Shown in pieces: positions 56,886-64,000 of a stretch of 64,000 nucleotides of DNA. The DNA lies in assembly GCF_009914755.1 (NCBI RefSeq), contig NC_060948.1; one strand, given 5' to 3'. The position numbers and the translations under genes are program-made. The stretch comes from the human T2T-CHM13v2.0 reference genome, Homo sapiens. A model generated the notes under the pieces. The model was not told the DNA's origin. It made no database searches and worked only from the letters and a program-made list of their open reading frames with translations. Each line of letters opens with the position of its first letter. Position 1 is the stretch's first letter.

Positions 56886-59800
56886 AAGAGACAAATGGAA
56901 TGGAAACGAATTCAATGGAATTGAAAAGAATAGGATGGAATGGCGTGTAATGGTAAGATACTAAGTGGAATGGAATTGAATGGAATGCAATGGACCCAAA
57001 TGTAATGCACTCGAAAGGAATATACTCAAATAGAATGGAATCGAAAGGAAAGGTCTCAAATGGAATTTATTCAATACAATGGAATCGAATGGAATGCAAT
57101 AGAATGGAATGGAATCGAATGTAATGGAATCAAATAGAATGGACCAGAATGGAATGGACTGCCATAGAACGGACTGCAGTGTAATGGATTGAATCCTAAA
57201 TCATTCAAATGGAATGGAATTGAATGGAATGGAATACAAAGGAATGGATAGGATTGAACTGGAATGGAATAGCATGGAATGCAACGGAGTGGAATGGAGT
57301 TGAATGAAGTGGAATGGAATCGATTGGAATGGAATCAAATGGAATGGACGGGAATGGAATGGACTGGAAGAGAACAGACTGGAATTTAATGGATTGCACT
57401 GTAATTGATTCAAATGGAATGGAATCGAATGGAATGTAATAAAATTGAAGGGATTTGAGTTCAATGCAATGGAATAGAATGGAATGCAAAGGAAAGGAAA
57501 GGTACGGAGTGAAATCGAGTGTAACGGAATCGAATGGAATGAAATGGAATGGAATGGACTCAAAAGAAATGGAAGAGGGACAAAACGGAATCGAACTGAT
57601 TGGAATCGAACGGAACGGAATGGAATGGAATGGTCTCCATTGGATCGGAGTAGAACGGGCTGGAATGGAATGGAATGAAATGGAATGGAAAGGAATAGAA
57701 TGGAATGGAATGGAATGGAATGGAATGGAATGGAAGGTAATGGAAAGATATTGAACGGATTGGAAAGGAATGGAATGGACCCTAATGGAATGGAATGGAA
57801 TTCAACAGAAACGAATGGAATGGACTGGAGTGAAATGGAGTCGAATGTAATTGACTGGAGTGGAATGGACTCGAAAGGAATGGACTCGAATAGAATGGAC
57901 TGGAATGGATTGTACTCGAATGGAGTGGAAAGGAATACAATGGATTCCACCAGATTGGAATGGAACAGAATGTAATGGAATGGAATGGAATGCAATGGAA
58001 TAGCTCCAATGGAATGGAGTCGAATGCAATGGAACAGAAAGGAAAGGAATTGAATGGAATTGAAAGGAATAGAACAAAATGGAGTGCAAAGGAAAGATAT
58101 CGAATGGAATGGATCGAAAAGAAATCGAATGGAATGGACAGGAATGGAATGGAATAGAATGGAATAGACAGGCGTGCAATGAAAACGAATGGAATGGAAA
58201 CGAATGGAATGCAATGGAAAGGAATGGAGTAGAATAAATACTATGGAATGGAATGGAGGCGAAAGGAAAAGAATGGATTGGAATGTCACCGAATGGAAAG
58301 CTATGGAATGGAAAGGAATGGATACGAATGGAATGGAATAGAAAGGAACGGAAAGGTAAAGAATGGAATGGAATCGGATAGAATGGAATGCAATGTAATG
58401 GAGTCGAATGGAAAATAATCGTGTAGAATGATATCGAATGGAATGGAATTGAATGGAATGGAATGGAATGGACTCGAATGGAATGTACTCAAATGGATTA
58501 GAATAGAATGGAATGGAACTAAACGTAATGAACTCGAATGGAATGGACAGAAATAGAATGGAAGAGAAAGGAATGGTATTGAATGGAATTTATTCGAATA
58601 GAGTGGAATTCAATGGAATGCAACAGTGTGGCATGGAATCAAATGGAATGGAATCGAATGGAATGGACCCGAGTGGAATGGACTCACATAGAACAGCCTC
58701 GAATGTAATGGATGACAATGTATTAGATTCGAAAGGACTGAAATCGAATGGAATGTAATCAAGTAGAACGGAATTGAATGCATGGAATGGCATAGAAAGT
58801 AACGCAATGGAATGGAATAGACTGGAATGGAATGGAATCGGATGGAATGTAATGAAATGTAATGGAAGGAATGCCATGGAATGGAATGGAATGGAATGCA
58901 ATGGGACGGTGTATAATGGAGTGCAATGGATTTCAGTGGAATGTAGTCCAAAGGAAAGAAATAGAATGGAATTCAATATAATGGAATGGCATCCAATGGC
59001 AAGGAATGGAGCGGACTCCAATGGAAACGACATGAAAGTAATATAATATAATGGAAAGGCATTGAACGAAATGGAATGCAATGGAGTTAAAAGGTAAAAT
59101 ATCGAATGGAAAAGAATTGAATGGACTCGAAAGGAATATAATGGAATGGAATGGACTCGAATGGAATGTACTAGAGTTGAATGGAATCGAATGGAATGGA
59201 AAACAATGGAAAGGAAAGGAAGGGAATTGAAAGGAAAGGAATAGAATGGAATGGAATCGGATGGAACAGAATTGAATGGAATGGAAACTAAAGGAATAGA
59301 ATAGAAAGGAATCGCATTGAATGGAATGGAATGGAATGGAATCAGATGGAACAGAAAGGAATGGAATAGAATCGAATGGAATGGCATCGAATGGATGGAA
59401 TGGAATGGAATGGAATAGAAAGGAATGGAATGGACTCGAATGGAATGTACTCAAATGGAATAGAATAGAATGGAATGGAAGTAAATATAATGGACTCGAA
59501 TGGAATGCATTGGAATAAATTGGAATTGAGTGTATTGGATTCGAATGGAAAGGAAAGGAATGGAATGGAATGGAAAGGAATGGAATGGAATGGATTCGAA
59601 TGGAATGGAATCGAATGGAATGGAACGAATTGGAATGTAATTGAATGGAGTCAAAAACAGTAGAAAGTAATAAAGTTTCATCGAATGATATCGAATGGAA
59701 TTGAATGGAATGTACGCGAAGGGAATGGACAGGAATGGAATGGAGTGACATGTAACGGAATCGAAAGGAATGGAATCCAATGAAATGGAATTGAATGGAA

Positions 59801-62384
59801 TAGAAATGAATAGAATGGAATGGAGATTAATGGAAAGATATTAAAATAATGGAATGGAATTGAGTGGACACGAATGGAAAGGACTGGAATGGAAAGGACT
59901 CGAATGAAATGGACCACATTAGAATGGACTCGAATGGAATGGATTGGAGTGGAATGGTCTCGAATGGATTGGAAAGGAATGGAATGCAAAGGAATAGAAT
60001 GGAATGTAATCAAATGGAACGAAATGGAATGGAATGGATTCGACTGGAGCAGAATTGAATGGAGTGGAATTGAATGGAATGGAATGCAATCGAATGGAAT
60101 GGACACGAATCGAATAGAATGAAATGAAAAGGCATAGAATGGAATGGAATGGAATGGAATGGAATGGAATGGATTGGAATGGGATGGGCCCAAAAGTAAT
60201 AGACTCAAATAAAAGGGACTCAAATAGAATGAACTGGAAAGAAACGGTCTCGAATGTAATTTATTCGAATAGAATGATATTGAATGGAATGCAACAGTAT
60301 GGAATGGTATCGCATAGAATGGAATAGAATAGAATGGAATGGAACGGAATGGAGTGCAATTGAACGGACTCAAATGCAATAAATTGCAATATAATTGATT
60401 CAAATGGAATGGAATCGAATAGAATGTAAACAAATGGAATGGAAGGCAATGCAATGGAAAGGAATCGAATGAAATGGAATAAATGGAATGGAATGGAATG
60501 GAAAGGACGCGAATATATTGGACTGTTAAGGAAAGGTGTCAAATCGAATTTATTCCAATAGAATGGAATCGAATGGAATGCAATACTATTGAATCGAATC
60601 GAATGGAATGGAATTGAATGGAATGGACAGGAATGGAATGAACTGGAAGTGAATGGACAGGAACGTAATATATTGCAATGTAATTTATTCAAATGGAATG
60701 GAATGCAATCGAATGGAATGGACTCGATTGGAATGGACTGGAGTGGAATGTACTCAAATGGAATGGCAAGGAATGGAATGGAATGGAATGGAAAGCAAAG
60801 GAATCTACTGGAATAGAATCGAACGGAACAGAAAGGAATGGAATGGAATGGAGTGGAATGGACTCGAATGGAATGTATTCGAATGTAATGGACCTAAAAA
60901 GGAATGGAATCCAATGGAATGGAATTGAATGGAATCAAAAGGAATAGAAAGGAATAGAGTGTAATTGAATATCGAAAGGAAGGGAATGGAATGAACTCGA
61001 ATGGAATGCACTGGAATGGAATGGACTCGATCAGAACGGACTGGAGAGGAATGTACACAAATGGAATGGAATGAAATGGAATGGAATGCAATGGAATTGA
61101 AAGGAACGGAATCAAATGGAATGGAATGGAATGGAATGGATTGGAATAGAATGTATTCAAATAAAATAGAATCGATGGGAATGCTATTGAATGAAAGGGA
61201 CTTGAATGGAATGGAAAGCAATGGAAGATATTGGAATCGAATGGCATCGAATGAAATGGAATGGAACGGAATGGAACGGAACCGAATGGAATGGAATGGA
61301 CTCAAATGTAACGGACACCAATGGAATCGACTGAAATATAATAGTGTCGAAAGGAATGGCCTCGAGCGGAATTTATTTGAATAGAATGGAATCAAATGGA
61401 ATACAATACCATTGAATGGAATCGAATGGTATGGAATCGAATGGAATGTAATCAAATGGAATGGAACGGAATTCAATATAATGGAGTAGAATGGAATGTA
61501 TTGGAAAGGAGCAGAGTGGAATCAAGTGGAATGGAATCGAGTGGAATGGAATCAATGGGAACAAAATCGAATTGAATGGACTTGAATGGAACTGACTCGA
61601 AAGGAATGGACTGGAACAAAAAGGAATCAAATGGACAGGAATGGGATGGAATGGACACGAATGGAATGGAGTCAAATGCAAACGCATCGAATGGAATGGA
61701 TTCAAATGGAATGCAATGGAATGGAAGAGAAAGGAAGAGAATGGAATTGAGAGTAATGGAAAGATATCGATTGGAATGAAATGGAATGGAAAGGAATTGA
61801 ATGGAAAGGAAGGGAGTGGAAAGAAATGGATTGGAATGGAACGGTCTCCAATGGAATGGACTGGAGTGGAATGGAATCGAATGGAATGAAAAGAATGGAA
61901 CGGAATGGAACGGAAAGGAATAGAATGTTATGGAATCCGATTGGACAGAATGGAATGGAATGGAGTTTCATGAAATGGAGTCGAATAGAGTGGCATCAAA
62001 AGGAATGGAATGGAATGGAGTGGACTCAAAAGGAATGGACTCGAAAGGAATGGAGTCCAACCAAATTGAATGAAATGGATTGGAGTCGAACAGAATGGAA
62101 TGGAATGGAATGAACTCGACTGGAGTAGAGAGGAATGTAAAGGAATAGAATGGAATGTAATCAAATGGATTGCAAGTGAATGGAATCAAAAATAATAGAA
62201 AGGAATGGAGTGTAAAGGGATCATATTGAATATAATGGAATGGAATGGAATTTAATGGAATGGAGTTGAAGGAATGGACAGGAATGTAATGGACTCCAAT
62301 GGAATGGAATGGATGAAAATGGATTTGAACAGATTGGAATCGAACGGAATGGAATGCAATGGAATGGAATGGACTCGAATGGAG
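56886..62384 (+). repeat. Higher-order unit 11 (5499 bp), type D
   Basis: Unit-9 alleles displaced by 11,095 bp (GGACCACATTAG ~59911). One pentamer shorter than unit 9 in the pure tract at ~60137-60171. Confidence 0.93.
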
Positions 62385-64000
62385 AAGAGACAAATGGAAT
62401 GGAAACGAATTCAATGGAATTGAAAAGAATAGGATGGAATGGCGTGTAATGGTAAGATACTAAATGGAATGGAATTGAATGGAATGGAATGGACCCAAAT
62501 GTAATGCACTCGAAAGGAATATACTCAAATAGAATGGAATCGAAAGGAAAGGTCTCAAATGGAATTTATTCAATACAATGGAATCGAATGGAATGCAATA
62601 GAATGGAATGGAATCGAATGTAATGGAATCAAATAGAATGGACCAGAATGGAATGGACTGCCATAGAACGGACTGCAGTGTAATGGATTGAATTCTAATT
62701 CATTCAAATGGAATGGAATTGAATGGAATGGAATCCAATGGAATGGATAGGATTGTACTGGAATGGAATAGCATGGAATGCAACGGAGTGGAATGGAGTT
62801 GAATGAAGTGGAATGGAATCGATTGGAATGGAATCAAATGGAATGGACGGGAATGGAATGGACTGGAAGAGAACAGACTCGAATTTAATGGATTGCACTG
62901 TAATTGATTCAAATGGAATGGAATCGAATGGAATGTAATAAAATTGAAGGGATTTGAGTTCAATGCAATGGAATAGAATGGAATGCAAAGGAAAGGAAAG
63001 GAACGGAGTGAAATCGAGTGTAATGGAATCGAATGGAATGAAATGGAATGGAATGGACTCAAAAGAAATGGACGAGGGACAAAACGGAATCGAACTGATT
63101 GGAATCGAACGGAACGGAATGGAATGGAATGGTCTCCATTGGATTGGAGTAGAACGGACTGGAATGGAATGGAATGAAATGGAATGGAAAGGAATAGAAT
63201 GGAACGGAATGGAATGGAATGGAATGGAATGGAAGGTAATGGAAAGATATCGAACGGATTGGAAAGGAATGGAATGGACCCTAATGGAATGGAATAGAAT
63301 TCAACAGAAACGAATGGAATGGACTGGAGTGAAATGGAGTCGAATGTAATTGACTGGAGTGGAATGGACTCGAAAGGAATGGACTCGAATAGAATGGACT
63401 GGAATGGATTGTACTCGAATGGAGTGGAAAGGAATACAATGGATTCCACCAGATTGGAATGGAACAGAATGTAATGGAATGGAATGGAATGCAATGGAAT
63501 AGCTCCAATGGAATGGAGTCGAATGCAATGGAACAGAAAGGAAAGGAATTGAATGGAATTGAAAGGAATAGAACAAAATGGAGTGCAAAGGAAAGATATC
63601 GAATGGAATGGATCGAAAAGAAATCGAATGGAATGGACAGGAATGGAATGGAATAGAATGGAATAGACTGGCGTGCAATGAAAACGAATGGAATGGAAAC
63701 GAATGGAATGCAATGGAAAGGAATGGAGTAGAATAAATACTATGGAATGGAATGGAGGCGAAAGGAAAAGAATGGATTGGAATGTCACCGAATGGAAAGA
63801 TATGGAATGGAAAGGAATGGATACGAATGGAATGGAATAGAAAGGAACGGAAAGGTAAAGAATGGAATGGAATCGGATAGAATGGAATGCAATGTAATGG
63901 AGTCGAATGGAAAATAATCGTGTAGAATGATATCGAATGGAATGGAATTGAATGGAATGGAATGGAATGGACTCGAATGGAATGTACTCAAATGGATTAG
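62385..64000 (+). repeat. Higher-order unit 12 (partial, truncated by window end)
   Basis: Landmark at 62385; colinear with the first ~1.6 kb of the other units. Confidence 0.92.

Larger units (their letters stand above)
1..64000 (+). repeat. Satellite III (HSat3)-type array of diverged (GGAAT)n pentamers, purine-rich strand on +, one orientation throughout
   Basis: GGAAT dominates every line, with variants such as CGAAT, AGAAT, GGACT, GTAAT, GCAAT, TGAAT and GGAAA. No CATTC-oriented block or unique sequence is visible. GGAAT/CATTC is the established HSat3 consensus. Confidence 0.97.

Noticed and set aside
40200-62384. Dimers as pure assembly artefacts
   Set aside because: Sister copies differ by scattered substitutions and tract lengths, and in dimer 1 by a 95-bp deletion. 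This favours real duplications, although read validation is still needed.
1-64000. CRISPR-like array, telomeric repeat, alpha satellite or HSat2
   Set aside because: There is no repeat-spacer alternation, no TTAGGG run and no 171-bp monomer. The regular ~23-26 bp CATTCGATTC/GATGAT units typical of HSat2 are absent, and pure GGAAT runs dominate.
1-64000. Inversions, transposon insertions or G-quadruplex clusters
   Set aside because: No CATTC-strand block or non-satellite sequence was seen on reading through. G-runs are almost all GG, with no clustered GGG tracts.

Overview
The whole 64 kb window is one uninterrupted, single-orientation array of diverged (GGAAT)n / (CATTC)n satellite, the classical human/great-ape Satellite III (HSat3) type. 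I see no gene, RNA gene, transposon, inversion or non-satellite insert. Every ORF in the track is a translation artefact of the pentamer (WNGME on +, FHSIP on -). The real information is structural. The pentamers form a ~5.55-kb higher-order unit, with 11 complete copies plus one partial. Using AAGAGACAAATGG as the landmark, units start at 1, 5554, 11119, 16699, 22194, 27779, 34002, 40200, 45791, 51295, 56886 and 62385. The units are nested in larger repeats: an ~11.1-kb dimer (units 2-3 = 4-5), a pair of ~6.2-kb units carrying a 654-bp internal tandem duplication (units 6, 7), and a second, different 11,095-bp dimer (units 8-9 = 10-11). Other variants are a newborn (ATAAT)9-10 microsatellite, a private 95-bp deletion, a probable conversion tract and a hypervariable (GGAAT)n/(GGCAT)n island. 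I find no evidence of a new coding system. Species, chromosome and subfamily cannot be fixed without alignment. All comparisons were made by eye.
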